Below are positions 49,187-59,429 of a DNA stretch of 63,538 bases, piece after piece. Each line of letters begins with the position of its first letter. Positions within the stretch are counted from its first letter, which is position 1. The notes under the pieces were generated by a model. The model saw only the letters and a list, made by a program, of their open reading frames with translations. It ran no database searches and had not been told where the DNA came from. The stretch spans positions 1-63,538 of the forward strand of contig JAJTGH010000033.1 in the NCBI GenBank assembly GCA_021299555.1, written 5' to 3'. The stretch comes from Comamonadaceae bacterium. GTDB taxonomy: Bacteria; Pseudomonadota; Gammaproteobacteria; Burkholderiales; Burkholderiaceae_C. Made by a program: the position numbers and the translations under genes.

Positions 49187-49987
49187 TCAGAGAACCCCCA
49201 AAGCGCGGCCCACCGGCCAATAAATGCCCGCTCCGGTGACCCCGCCGTCAACCGCCAGATCGGCCCCGGTGATGTAAGCTGCCTGTGGGCCGAGCAGGAA
49301 AAACATGACATCGGCAAGTTGCTCCGGCTTAGCCATGTGCTGCAGGGGAATGATCCCCTGCAGCGTATCGACCAAAGCGGGGTAATTGCGCACCATCTCG
49401 GTGTCAACCACACCCGGGCAAATGCAATTGACTCGAATACCACGCGGACCGAGTTCCATGGCCGCGCTGCGGGTCAGACCACGCAAGGCCCACTTGCTGG
49501 TGCTGTAGGCGGCAGAAAAGTAGCCGGTCATACCCACGGTCGAAGAAACATTGACGATGGCCGCGCCACGCGTCATGAGCGGCGCCATGGCTCGAATGCC
49601 CAGGAAGGTGCCGGTCAGATTGGTGGCCATGACCCGCTGCCAGTTATCCAGCACCGTCTTTGTGACCGGCGAACGCGGGCCAGTGATGCCCGCGTTATTG
49701 ACCAGGCCCTGCAAGACCAGATCCGATTGCTCGATTTGTTGAGCCAGATCGCTCCAGCCCGACTCTCTGGCCACATCGCCAAATACAGGCACCACCTGGC
49801 CAGGCAAGCCACTGGTCTGCTCGCGCAACTGCGCCCAGGCCGCATCGGCGGGCGGCAAAGTGTCGAGCACAAACACCGTGGCACCGGCCTGCGCCAAAAG
49901 ACGGGCCACGCAAGCACCCTGGCCCCGGGCACCGCCGGTGACCACCGCAGCCTTGTTCACCCAATGCGTGGATGCACCATCGTTCAT
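49187..49987 (-). CDS. SDR oxidoreductase (3alpha,20beta-HSD/cyclopentanol DH-like subgroup)
   Basis: VTGGARGQG, VNNAG, YSTSKWALRGLT, IRVNCICPG. Confidence 0.9.
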   Translation of the reverse strand: MNDGASTHWVNKAAVVTGGARGQGACVARLLAQAGATVFVLDTLPPADAAWAQLREQTSGLPGQVVPVFGDVARESGWSDLAQQIEQSDLVLQGLVNNAGITGPRSPVTKTVLDNWQRVMATNLTGTFLGIRAMAPLMTRGAAIVNVSSTVGMTGYFSAAYSTSKWALRGLTRSAAMELGPRGIRVNCICPGVVDTEMVRNYPALVDTLQGIIPLQHMAKPEQLADVMFFLLGPQAAYITGADLAVDGGVTGAGIYWPVGRALGVL

Positions 49988-49997
49988 CGGATTGACC

Positions 49998-50975
49998 TCA
50001 TTGGGGCTTGATGCCGGCCGAAATGGCAACCGCACGAAAACGCTCCATCTCACTCATCTGAAAACGCCGCATATCACCGGTCGCCAGGTTCAGTGGATCG
50101 GAGCCAATCTTGCGGGTGAACTCTTTGGTGATCGGCATCGCCAGCACTTTCTGAACCGCATCGACCAGCCGATTGGTGACGGCCTCGGGCGTCTCACTGC
50201 GCACAGTCAGTGTGGTCCAGGTGTAGTTGACGTATTCGGGGTAGCCCAGTTCCTTGGCGGTGGGAATTTCCGGATAGTCTGGATGCCTGACATCCCCAGT
50301 GACCGCAAGCGCACGCAATTTGCCAGACCTGACCTGCGGCATGGCAGCAATCAGGTCACTGACCGCCCAGTCGATCTGGTTGCCCAGGAGCGCAAGGAAC
50401 ACCTCAGGAGCGCCGCGATAAGGAACGTTAACGTGCTGGGTCTTGGTGATCGCACCGAACCATTCGGCCGACAGGTGAAAGCCAGCCGTGTAGCTTCCGA
50501 CATTGAGCTTTTTCTGACTGTCGCGGCCGGCTTGCACAAACTCAGAGAGTGTTTTGAGTCGGGGATTGGATTCTGCGGCGATCAGCACCATCATGCCGCG
50601 GGTCAGCCCACTGATCGGCTTGAGGTCCTTGAGGGCGTCATAGGGGATGTCCTTGATCACCACTGGATTGACGGCCAGATGGGTGTTGGTTCCCAAAAAC
50701 AGGGTGTAGCCGTCGGCCGGCGCCTGCTTGACCGCCATCGCAGCAATCACGCCATTGCCTCCGGCCCGGTTTTCCACCACGACCGACTGCCCGAGGACAG
50801 TCGAGAGCTGTTCTGCGAAGAAACGACCCACGATATCCGAACCGCTTCCTGGTGATGTGGGTACGACGATGCGCAGACTGCGGGTGGGGAAGGCGTCTTG
50901 TGCCCAGACCGATGTCAGGCTTGCCGCCAAAAAGGCGGCTGCAGCTGCGAGTTTGCAAATACGATTGAGTGCCAT
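49998..50975 (-). CDS. Bug/TctC solute receptor
   Basis: FPTRSLRIVVPTSPGSGSD, ENRAGGNG, NVPYRG. Confidence 0.9.
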   Translation of the reverse strand: MALNRICKLAAAAAFLAASLTSVWAQDAFPTRSLRIVVPTSPGSGSDIVGRFFAEQLSTVLGQSVVVENRAGGNGVIAAMAVKQAPADGYTLFLGTNTHLAVNPVVIKDIPYDALKDLKPISGLTRGMMVLIAAESNPRLKTLSEFVQAGRDSQKKLNVGSYTAGFHLSAEWFGAITKTQHVNVPYRGAPEVFLALLGNQIDWAVSDLIAAMPQVRSGKLRALAVTGDVRHPDYPEIPTAKELGYPEYVNYTWTTLTVRSETPEAVTNRLVDAVQKVLAMPITKEFTRKIGSDPLNLATGDMRRFQMSEMERFRAVAISAGIKPQ

Positions 50976-51025
50976 GACTGACTCCTTGCGCTGTATTGAT
51001 GAAATGCGACTGAACGGGGTTCGCT

Positions 51026-51433
51026 TTAACCGGCCACAAAACGCGGCACCGAGAATTCGCCTTCTTGCTCAATGCGAAGCGTCACGCGCTGATCGATGTG
51101 CAAACCGTTGGGGTCAGCAAGACCGACTACATTGCTGATCAGGCGCGGACCTTCTTCGAGCTCGATGATGGCGACGTTGTAAGGCAGGCGGCTTTCAAAA
51201 GCCTTGTGGTAGGCCATGTGAAACACCACCCAGCTGACCACCTTGCCTCGGCCGCCAGAAGGCACCCATTGCCATTGGTCATGCAAACAGGAAGGGCACT
51301 CGGTGCGTGCGGGCAACCAGGCGTGACCACAGTGGCTGCACTTTTGATAAGACAGCACACCTTGCTGCAAGCTGTCCCAATAGGGGGCAGTCAATTCGGT
51401 GCGGATCGGAAGTGGCAGATCAATATCAGTCAT
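51026..51433 (-). CDS. DUF35 Zn-ribbon/OB-fold protein
   Basis: PYW..QKCSHC..CPSC..GRGKVVSW..PYNVAIIELEEGPRL. Confidence 0.92.
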   Translation of the reverse strand: MTDIDLPLPIRTELTAPYWDSLQQGVLSYQKCSHCGHAWLPARTECPSCLHDQWQWVPSGGRGKVVSWVVFHMAYHKAFESRLPYNVAIIELEEGPRLISNVVGLADPNGLHIDQRVTLRIEQEGEFSVPRFVAG

Positions 51434-51442
51434 GGCGGATCC

Positions 51443-52567
51443 TCATTGCCCCAAGATGAGCGTGGAATGCGTGTGCATGATCCCGCCCTGGTTGCTGACG
51501 ATGCAGGTGCGCGCGTTCTTGACCTGGTTGACCGCTTCACCTCGGATCTGTCGCACGCCCTCGATCACCATCTGCAAGCCCGGCATCCCGGTCTCTGACA
51601 GCAAGCCACCTGCCGTATTGAGCGGCAGCTCACCGCCGACCTCGAGTCGGCCGCCCTCCACAAAATGCCCGCCCTGACCCTTCTTGCAAAATCCGTAATC
51701 TTCCAAGGTGATCAACGGGACGATGGAAAAGCAATCGTAGAGCTCGGCCACATCAATATCTTTGGGGCTGAGCCCGGCCATCTTGAACGCCGTCTGCGCC
51801 GATTCGACGGCAGCGGTCGAGGTGAGCACCGGGCGTTGCACCACCTCCCAGGAGGTCTGACCCTGACCAAAGCCGAGGATAGATACCGGCTTGTCCACCT
51901 GCAACCGACGGGCCCGCTCGGCCGACATCACGACCACTGCAGCGCCACCGTCAGAAACCAGGCAGCAGTCGTCACGTGTCAAAGGGGCAACGATCAGACG
52001 CGACTGTCGGTATTGCTCCAGGGTCAACGGCTTGCGCAATTGCGCATTCGGATTGCTCGCACCGTGCTTTCGGCAGGCAGTGACAACGGCGCCAAGCTGA
52101 TCGCGCGTGGTCCCGAATTGAGCCATGTGGCGCTGGGCAATCATGGCGTAGCCCGAGGGCGTACCGAACCAGCCGAACACATCGTCATCGCCCCAGGATT
52201 TTTCATAGGCATGGCGTGAGCCGGTGGCGGGGTTGTCGGCCAGGCACACCAGCGCCACCTCGCACTGGCCGGCCTCGATGGCCATGGCCGCGTAGCTGAT
52301 CATGCTGATGTTGCTGGCCCCGCCGTGGTCATAGACGCCTCCGATGCGCGGCATCAGACCCATGGCCTCGGCGAGTTTCTGGGCGTACATCATTTCAAAC
52401 TTGGATGTCGGCGCCTTGACGAACAAGCCGTCGACCATGGACTTGTCGATGCCCGCATCAGCCAAAGCCTTGCGCGCCGCCTCGATGTTCAGAGAAACCG
52501 TGGTGCGGCCCTCGAGTTTGCCGAAGGCGGTGTGCCCGACTCCGGCGATCACAGCTTTTCCTCGCAT
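51443..52567 (-). CDS. Thiolase-fold protein (SCP-x/Ltp2-like), lacking nucleophilic Cys
   Basis: AVIAGVG, HGGAS in place of CAS, DCCLVSDGGAAVVV, ELYDCF, NTAGGLLSE. Confidence 0.88.
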   Translation of the reverse strand: MRGKAVIAGVGHTAFGKLEGRTTVSLNIEAARKALADAGIDKSMVDGLFVKAPTSKFEMMYAQKLAEAMGLMPRIGGVYDHGGASNISMISYAAMAIEAGQCEVALVCLADNPATGSRHAYEKSWGDDDVFGWFGTPSGYAMIAQRHMAQFGTTRDQLGAVVTACRKHGASNPNAQLRKPLTLEQYRQSRLIVAPLTRDDCCLVSDGGAAVVVMSAERARRLQVDKPVSILGFGQGQTSWEVVQRPVLTSTAAVESAQTAFKMAGLSPKDIDVAELYDCFSIVPLITLEDYGFCKKGQGGHFVEGGRLEVGGELPLNTAGGLLSETGMPGLQMVIEGVRQIRGEAVNQVKNARTCIVSNQGGIMHTHSTLILGQ

Positions 52568-53763
52568 CAGATGACCTCCTGATCAATCAGCTGCTGCAGT
52601 TGCGCGTCTGACAGGCCAAGCCACTGGCCATAGACCTCTTGATTGTCTCGACCGATTTCGCCACTGGGCTTGATCGGCAGCGCCTGCGAGCCTTCAAACC
52701 GAAGTGGTGAGCGCATCAGGCAGACACGTCCGTACATGGGGTGATCCACCCACTCAAGGGCGCCACGATCGTGCATGTGGACATCGTTGACCACCTCATC
52801 GAGGTTGCGCACAGGCGCGCAAGGCACCCGGTGCTCCATGAGCAGGTTGAAAAGGGTCTGCTTGCTATGCCCGCTGGTGAACCCACCGACCAATTCGTCG
52901 ATCTCGTCCATGTGCTCGACCCGGCTCTTAAGGTCGGCGTAGCGCGCATCAGTGAGCAAGTGCTCGTGCTTCATGGCCGTGAGCAAAGACTTCCAATGCG
53001 ACTCGCCCACACAAATGATGGCGATGTGCCCATCGGTTGTGGGGTAGACGTTGTAGGGCGCCTCGGCCAAGCCACCATGGCGATTGCCGGTGCGCGCCGG
53101 CACGCTGCCTTGCGAGCCATAATGCAGCCCCAAATTGGAGGCCAGAGAGGCGTACACAGCCTCCTGCATGGACACCTCCACCAGCCGCCCCAGACCCGTG
53201 CGCTCGCGCTCGAACAGGGCCGTCATGATGCCGGCATACAGGTGCGTACCGCCAAAAAAATCACACAAGGCAGGTCCGGCCTTGACCGGCGGGCGATCAG
53301 GAAAGCCAGTCACACTCATGATGCCCGCCATGGCCTGGACCGTCAGGTCCATGGCTGGGTAGTTGCGGTTGGGCCCGGAGCGTCCATAGCCAGAGCCAGC
53401 GCCGTAGACCAGACGGGGATTGACCTGCCGCATCGCCTCATAGCCCAGGCCCAGACGGTCCATGGCGCCTGGCGCGAAATTTTCAACCACCACGTCAGCG
53501 CGCGAGACCATGGTCTTGAACAGTTCGCGGCCGCGCTCGCTTTTGAGGTTGAGCGTGGCAAAGGTCTTATTGCTGTTGAGCATGGCAAAGGGCAGCGCCG
53601 CACCGCCCACCACACTTCTTTTTCTGAGGTGCTCACCGCCCTTGGCCTCTATCTTGATGACACGCGCGCCAGCCATGGCCAACATGAAGCTGCAATACGG
53701 GCCGTTGTAGATCTGACCGAGGTCAACGACGGTCACGCCGGCTAGCGGAAGCGGTCGGCTCAT
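52567..53763 (-). CDS. Family III CoA-transferase (CaiB/BaiF)
   Basis: PLAGVTVVDL, GARVIKIE, ADVVVENFAPG, SGYGRSGP, AMDLTVQA. Confidence 0.93.
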   Translation of the reverse strand: MSRPLPLAGVTVVDLGQIYNGPYCSFMLAMAGARVIKIEAKGGEHLRKRSVVGGAALPFAMLNSNKTFATLNLKSERGRELFKTMVSRADVVVENFAPGAMDRLGLGYEAMRQVNPRLVYGAGSGYGRSGPNRNYPAMDLTVQAMAGIMSVTGFPDRPPVKAGPALCDFFGGTHLYAGIMTALFERERTGLGRLVEVSMQEAVYASLASNLGLHYGSQGSVPARTGNRHGGLAEAPYNVYPTTDGHIAIICVGESHWKSLLTAMKHEHLLTDARYADLKSRVEHMDEIDELVGGFTSGHSKQTLFNLLMEHRVPCAPVRNLDEVVNDVHMHDRGALEWVDHPMYGRVCLMRSPLRFEGSQALPIKPSGEIGRDNQEVYGQWLGLSDAQLQQLIDQEVI

Positions 53764-53764
53764 T

Positions 53765-54541
53765 TCAGCGCCCCTTGAACTGCGGCGGACGCTTTTCGGC
53801 GAAGGCCTGAGTGCCCTCTGCCACGTCTTCGGTGTTTTGCAACATGCGACCGATCAGGCGCTCCAGGCGCAAACCGGACTGCAAATCCAGATCCCGGCTG
53901 CGGATGGCCAACTCCTTGGCCGCTTGCACTGCCAGCGGCGCATTGGCAGCGATGCGCTTGGCGTATTCCATGGCCGTGGGCAGCAACTGCTCCATGGGTA
54001 CCACCTTGTTGACCAAGCCCCAGCGCTCGGCAGTGGCAGCGTTGAAGCTGTCCCCCGTGAGCAAAATTTCCATGCCGATGGCGTAGGGCACCTGACTCAT
54101 GATGCGCTGGGTCCCACCGTTTCCGGCGATCACGCCACGCTTGACCTCGGCCAAATTGAATGTGGCGTGCGTGGCAGCAATCCGGATGTCTGTAGCCAGC
54201 ATCAGGGTCACACCCCCGCCCAGGCAGTATCCGTTGATCGCACTGATCACCGGCTTCCAGACTTCCAGGCCCCGGTTGAGCAGCTGGTCAGCCTGGGTCA
54301 GCCACATCTCCGACATCGGAGTGGGGGCGGTAATAAAGCTTTTGATGTCGGCGCCGGTGGTGAACGATTTCTCACCCGCACCAGTGACGATGGCCACGCG
54401 TATGGCCGGGTCGTCCCGCACCTTCATCCAGGCTTGCGACAGGCCTTGATAGTGCTCGACATCCATCGCATTGAGACGCTCTGGACGGTTGATCGTGATG
54501 AGGGCCACGCCCTCTGCGGAGACAGTGAAATCGATTGCCAT
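53765..54541 (-). CDS. Enoyl-CoA hydratase (CaiD-like)
   Basis: NRPERLNA, FTTGADI, NGYCLGGG, AEVKRG, GGTQR. Confidence 0.9.
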   Translation of the reverse strand: MAIDFTVSAEGVALITINRPERLNAMDVEHYQGLSQAWMKVRDDPAIRVAIVTGAGEKSFTTGADIKSFITAPTPMSEMWLTQADQLLNRGLEVWKPVISAINGYCLGGGVTLMLATDIRIAATHATFNLAEVKRGVIAGNGGTQRIMSQVPYAIGMEILLTGDSFNAATAERWGLVNKVVPMEQLLPTAMEYAKRIAANAPLAVQAAKELAIRSRDLDLQSGLRLERLIGRMLQNTEDVAEGTQAFAEKRPPQFKGR

Positions 54542-54554
54542 GGTGCAAAGTCCT

Positions 54555-55571
54555 TTATGTGCCCTGACGCAGACCGCCCAGGATGTCGCGGGCCACCACC
54601 ATGCGGTGCACTTCTGAGGGCCCTTCGCCAATTCGCTTGATCCGCATTTCGCGGAACCAGCGCTCCAGGGGCAACTCTTGCGCCACGCCCATGCCGCCCA
54701 GGATCTGGATGCAGCGGTCGACCACCCGGCCGGCCGTTTCGGTGCCGTAGACTTTGGCGATCGATGCATCGACCTTGATGCTTCGGCCCATGTCAGCATT
54801 CCAGGCCGCCTGGTAGACCAACAAACGCGCAGCGCGCAATTCAATTTCGGAGTCGGCAATCATCCATTGGATGGCTTGCTTGTCGGCCAGATGACTGCCA
54901 AACGCCTTGCGCTGACGCGCCCAGTCGATGGCGATGTCCAGCGCCGCCTGCGCGATACCCAAGGTTGCTGCCGCATAAGGCGGGCGGGCATGAATGAGCC
55001 ATTCTTCGGCAAATGCAAAGCCCTTGCCCTCGTCGCCGAGCCTGTCTTCTATGGGCACCTCGTAATTGTCGAAATGCACCTCGTATGGCGAATACGAGCG
55101 GATCACTGGGATCTTGGACAAATGAATGCCCGGGCGGCTCTTGTCAACCACAAAGCTGGTGATGCCATCTCGCCCCTTGCTCTCACCCACCCGGGCAAAC
55201 ACGATGCCCCACTTGGCCATTCCGGCCCCAGAGATCCAGATCTTGGTGCCATTGATCACATATCGATCGCTCTTGCGCTCGGCCCGGGTCTGGATGGCAC
55301 GCCCCGGATCGGAGCCACCCGAGGGCTCGCTGATCGCCACAAAGCTCAGGCCGGCGCCACCGTTTTCTGCAGGCGTTTCAAAAAGCCACAAGCCCAGGGC
55401 CTTGGCCTTTTTTTGCAAGGCAGCCAGCTGGGCGGGCGCAGGTTCGTAGGCGTCGTGCTCCAGAGTGTCCTCGACCGGCTTGACCTCTTCCTGCATAAAG
55501 CGACGGATGGTATCGCGCAGCATCCGGAGTTCCTCAGGCAACTCCCAGCTTCCCAAACTGTCGTGTGTCAT
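54555..55571 (-). CDS. Acyl-CoA dehydrogenase with in-frame deletion near 55345
   Basis: GGAGLS|FVAISEPSGGSD, INGTKIWIS, RKAFG, QILGGMG, IGEGPSEVHR; 338 aa versus about 385 typical. Confidence 0.88.
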   Translation of the reverse strand: MTHDSLGSWELPEELRMLRDTIRRFMQEEVKPVEDTLEHDAYEPAPAQLAALQKKAKALGLWLFETPAENGGAGLSFVAISEPSGGSDPGRAIQTRAERKSDRYVINGTKIWISGAGMAKWGIVFARVGESKGRDGITSFVVDKSRPGIHLSKIPVIRSYSPYEVHFDNYEVPIEDRLGDEGKGFAFAEEWLIHARPPYAAATLGIAQAALDIAIDWARQRKAFGSHLADKQAIQWMIADSEIELRAARLLVYQAAWNADMGRSIKVDASIAKVYGTETAGRVVDRCIQILGGMGVAQELPLERWFREMRIKRIGEGPSEVHRMVVARDILGGLRQGT

Positions 55572-55611
55572 GAATATCCCGTTTGATGTCTTTGAAATAA
55601 AAGGATTCAAA

Positions 55612-57384
55612 TCATTGCGCCAGCGCTTGTTTGCCGCTGAGTTGCTCGCGTCGCTTTTGACTGGCCGCACGATCGAGGCTGTAGACCGGAGTGCCAGCGG
55701 CTGGCTTGCTTTGGCTGCCAATGACCACGCCGTAAATCTGTTCGGCCGTCACCGGCGAGATGTAGGCACAGTTGAGATCGCGCTCGACCGCATCAAGATC
55801 ACGCTCGAGCGGATTGCCGTAGCCGCCCCCACCCGGAGAATTGGCCCGCAAGGTATCGCCGGCCTTGAGCGGGCGCTTGTCTTCCTTGCTTCGCATCTGT
55901 GGTGTCCAGGTCTTGCCCTCGGTGACGAACTCCACCTTGTTGGGCTGGGCGCTGCCACCGCCGAGCACCCCAAAGGGCGCATGGTCGGCGCGGTCTCCGA
56001 GCACCGTGACCAAACATTCGTTCCAAGTGGTGAAGCTGTAACTGGTGCCACAGCCACCGCGGTGCCAGCCCGCACCGCCCGAGTCATCGCGCACACGGAA
56101 GTGGTTAAAGCGGATCGGAAAGCGGTGCTCCGACATTTCCAGCGACATGAAGTTGGCCATCGATTGCGGAGGCGTGCCGTTGATCAGGCCGTCGCTGGCC
56201 TTGCTTGCTCCATAGCCCCCCGGGTAAGGAAACACGCCCACGTAGTAGTTGCCAGACTTGGGGTGTGTGCCGCTGATGGCAGCCACACCGATGGTGCCAA
56301 AGAACGCAGCCGGAGCCTTATCGGGAATGGCCTGCGCCAGCGCGCCAAAGGTCACGTCGATGGCCCGCCCCATGGGCTCGAGGTAGCCACCGCAGGCCGT
56401 TGGATATTCAGCCGACAAGATCGTGCGCTGCGGCAAGGTAAAGCTGATGGGGCGAAAAGTGCCGCCATTGACCGGCACATCCGGGAAAATATGCTTGATG
56501 GCCACATAACAGGACGACAGCGTGGTGTTTCTCGACATGTTCATGGGGCCGGTGGTGCTGGGACCGGTGCCCGTGAAGTCAAAGTGCATCTCCTCGCCCT
56601 TGACGGTGATGGCCAACTTCACCACAACGCGTTCATCGTTGATGCCATCGTTGTCCAGATAATCCTCGCACCGGTAGGTGCCGTCAGGAATCTCGGCGAT
56701 GTACGAGCGCATTTGGCGCTCAGAGTATTCGATCATCTCGTTGAGGCATTGACTGAGCGTGTTGCGGCCGTAGCGTTGCACCAGCGCCTCGATGCCGCGG
56801 TGACCCACGGTAAAGACATTGACCATGGCCGACAGGTCGCCAGCAATTTCTTTGGGCAGACGCACATTGGCCTTAAACATGGCCAAAAGAGCCTCGTTCA
56901 GTCGCCCTTCTTCGTAGAGCTTGACCGGAGGAATGACGATCCCCTCTTGATGAATCTCGGTCGCCTTGGGACCCCAGCCGCCAGGTACGTTGCCACCGAT
57001 GTCCATCCAGTGGCCCGTGGTGGCCAGCACCGCGAACAGCTTGCCATCGGCAAAAATCGGCGCGACCAACTGCACGTCCTGCAAGTGGCTGCCCCCGACA
57101 TAGGTGTCGTTCATGATCCAGATGTCACCGGGCTTGAAGCCGCCCTGCTCACGGGCCAGAGCGATGATGTGCTGCACAGCAAACTGCATGTAGGCCAGGA
57201 ACACGGGAAGACCGTAGCGGCCCTGGGCAATCGTCTCTCCGGTCTCGGGGTGAAAGATGCCGTTGGCGCAGTCGTTCGTTTCGGAAATGATGGGCGAGAT
57301 CGCTGCGTGTATGAGCTGCAGATCCATCTCATCGGCGATTTGTTCAAGGCTGCCGCGCACCACGGCCAGTGTCACTGGATCCAT
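55612..57384 (-). CDS. Hydantoinase B/oxoprolinase family subunit
   Basis: MDPVTLAVV, SPIISETND, NDTYVGGSHLQD, GHWMDIGG, EIHQEG, DSGGAGWHRGG, PGGGGYGNP. Confidence 0.93.
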   Translation of the reverse strand: MDPVTLAVVRGSLEQIADEMDLQLIHAAISPIISETNDCANGIFHPETGETIAQGRYGLPVFLAYMQFAVQHIIALAREQGGFKPGDIWIMNDTYVGGSHLQDVQLVAPIFADGKLFAVLATTGHWMDIGGNVPGGWGPKATEIHQEGIVIPPVKLYEEGRLNEALLAMFKANVRLPKEIAGDLSAMVNVFTVGHRGIEALVQRYGRNTLSQCLNEMIEYSERQMRSYIAEIPDGTYRCEDYLDNDGINDERVVVKLAITVKGEEMHFDFTGTGPSTTGPMNMSRNTTLSSCYVAIKHIFPDVPVNGGTFRPISFTLPQRTILSAEYPTACGGYLEPMGRAIDVTFGALAQAIPDKAPAAFFGTIGVAAISGTHPKSGNYYVGVFPYPGGYGASKASDGLINGTPPQSMANFMSLEMSEHRFPIRFNHFRVRDDSGGAGWHRGGCGTSYSFTTWNECLVTVLGDRADHAPFGVLGGGSAQPNKVEFVTEGKTWTPQMRSKEDKRPLKAGDTLRANSPGGGGYGNPLERDLDAVERDLNCAYISPVTAEQIYGVVIGSQSKPAAGTPVYSLDRAASQKRREQLSGKQALAQ

Positions 57385-59406
57385 TTACTTCACCTTCACC
57401 AAGAGATTGCTGTGGGAGTCGACCACCACGTGCATATCGGGCTCCACCACGGTGGTCGTGTCTTTTTGCTCGATGATGGCCGGGCCATCGAAGGTCATGC
57501 CGGGCAACAGGTCATCGCGCTGGTAGACGGGTGTGTCATACCAACGATGAAAGTGCGCCGGCCTGCGACCGACCGGCTTGGGCGTGGCCTGGGACTGCGC
57601 TGCCGGTGGGCGCGCGGAAGCGGCTGTGCTGCGCGTGCCCACCGCCACAGTGCGCAGGTTGACCAGCACGACCGCGATGTCCTTGAGCGTGTTGCCGAAC
57701 TGGCTGCGGTAAGTCTCCAGAAAGGCCTGCTCGAGCTCGGTCTGGCTCATGCCGGGCTGAACCGGCACACGCAACGAGTGAATCTGACCGGCATAGGCCA
57801 TATCGGCGGCATGCGAGAGCACCACCGAATCGACCGGCACCTGACTTTCCCGTATCTGGCTTTGCGCCTGTTCACGCTGCCCTGCGAAGATGGCGGCCAA
57901 GGCCTTGGGATCGATCGCATCGAGCCGCTTTTCCACGGTCTGCGAAATGTCATAACGCAGGTCGGCATAAGCGCAGCCCAGGGCGCAGAGAACGCCCGGG
58001 TACTGCGGTACCAGCATGGTGCTCACGCCCACTTCCCGGATCAGGGCGCCGCCGTGCAGCGGCCCAGCACCCCCGAATGCAACCAGGGCAAAGTCACGCG
58101 GATCGAGGCCACGCTCGATCGACATCAACCGCATACGCCCTGCCATGCGCTGGTTGACCACGGCCAAAATGGCCTCGGCCGTCTGCTCCATGCCCAGGCC
58201 CAGCTTTTTGCCCAGGTCAGCAACAGCCTTGCGTGCGCCTTCGACGTCGAGCGTGCTGCCGTCCCCATTCATGCGGCTTTCCGGATTGATGCGACCGAGT
58301 ACCACGTTGGCGTCGGTGACAGTGGGCTCGGTGCCGCCGCGCCGGTAAGCCACCGGTCCGGGTACGGCGCCGGCACTGCGAGGGCCCACCTGCAGCATGC
58401 CACCACGATCGAGGTGGGCGATGCTGCCCCCACCAGCGCCTATGGTGTGCACGTCGATCATGGGCAGGCGCAGCGGGATGCGAAAGTCCAGGTTGGTCAA
58501 CTCAGCCACCTCGGGCTTGCCATTGATGATCACCGCCACATCAAAGCTGGTGCCGCCCATGTCGCCGGTGATCACGTGGCTAAAGCCCGACTGCGCGGCA
58601 ATCAGCGCCGCAGCCGTCACGCCGGCGGCGGGCCCAGAGCGCACGATGTAGGCCGAGCGCTGGCCCAGCTGGCGCAAGGGCGCAACCCCGCCGTTGGACT
58701 GCATGATGGCCACTTCGCGCTCATAGCCCCAGCCCTTGAGCTTATCGGCAAGGTTTTTGGCGTAGCGAGCAACCAGCGGCTGTAAAAAGCCCTGAACCAC
58801 CGCCGTGCTGGTGCGCTCAAACTCGTAATACTCACGCACCACCGAGGTGGCGGTCACCAGTTCCCACGCCGGATTGAAGGCCGCCAAAATTTCGCGGGCT
58901 CGGTCTTCGTGATCGGTATTGGCGTAGGCATGCATGAAAGCAATGACCACCGACTCCACGCCGCGCGCCTTGAGCTCCTGGGCGACCGCCATCAGGCCGG
59001 CTTCGTCCAGGACCGTGAGCACCTTGCCTTCGTAGTCCATGCGCTCATCGACTTCAAAACGAAGATCGCGCGGCACCAGAGGCTCGTGCGCACCTTCCAG
59101 GCCATACATGGTGGGACGGTCACGGCGACCCAGCTCAATGAGGTCGCGAAAGCCGCGCGTGGTGATCAAGGCGCATCGGGCGCCGCGACGCTCGATCACT
59201 GCGTTGGTGGCGATCGTCGTGCCATGAATGATGGCGTCCAATTCATCGGCACGCAGACCAGCCGCATGCAAAGAATTGAGCAAGCCCACGGACGGATCGT
59301 GCGGAGTCGATGGCACCTTGAGAATCTGGTGCGGCCGGCCATCACTGCCGGAAAAATAAAGGTCGGTGAAGGTGCCCCCGACGTCAATGCCTACCGTTCC
59401 TGCCAT
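57385..59406 (-). CDS. Hydantoinase A/oxoprolinase family ATP-binding subunit
   Basis: GIDVGGTFTD, HGTTIATNA, SGPAAG, DMGGTSFD, IGAGGGS, VGPRSAGAVPGP. Confidence 0.93.
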   Translation of the reverse strand: MAGTVGIDVGGTFTDLYFSGSDGRPHQILKVPSTPHDPSVGLLNSLHAAGLRADELDAIIHGTTIATNAVIERRGARCALITTRGFRDLIELGRRDRPTMYGLEGAHEPLVPRDLRFEVDERMDYEGKVLTVLDEAGLMAVAQELKARGVESVVIAFMHAYANTDHEDRAREILAAFNPAWELVTATSVVREYYEFERTSTAVVQGFLQPLVARYAKNLADKLKGWGYEREVAIMQSNGGVAPLRQLGQRSAYIVRSGPAAGVTAAALIAAQSGFSHVITGDMGGTSFDVAVIINGKPEVAELTNLDFRIPLRLPMIDVHTIGAGGGSIAHLDRGGMLQVGPRSAGAVPGPVAYRRGGTEPTVTDANVVLGRINPESRMNGDGSTLDVEGARKAVADLGKKLGLGMEQTAEAILAVVNQRMAGRMRLMSIERGLDPRDFALVAFGGAGPLHGGALIREVGVSTMLVPQYPGVLCALGCAYADLRYDISQTVEKRLDAIDPKALAAIFAGQREQAQSQIRESQVPVDSVVLSHAADMAYAGQIHSLRVPVQPGMSQTELEQAFLETYRSQFGNTLKDIAVVLVNLRTVAVGTRSTAASARPPAAQSQATPKPVGRRPAHFHRWYDTPVYQRDDLLPGMTFDGPAIIEQKDTTTVVEPDMHVVVDSHSNLLVKVK

Positions 59407-59429
59407 CTGTCAACTCCTGTCTAAAGGGC

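Noticed and set aside
55465-58785. 1106-aa plus-strand ORF
   Set aside because: Antisense shadow of hyuA/hyuB; no motifs, and typical of high-GC codon bias.
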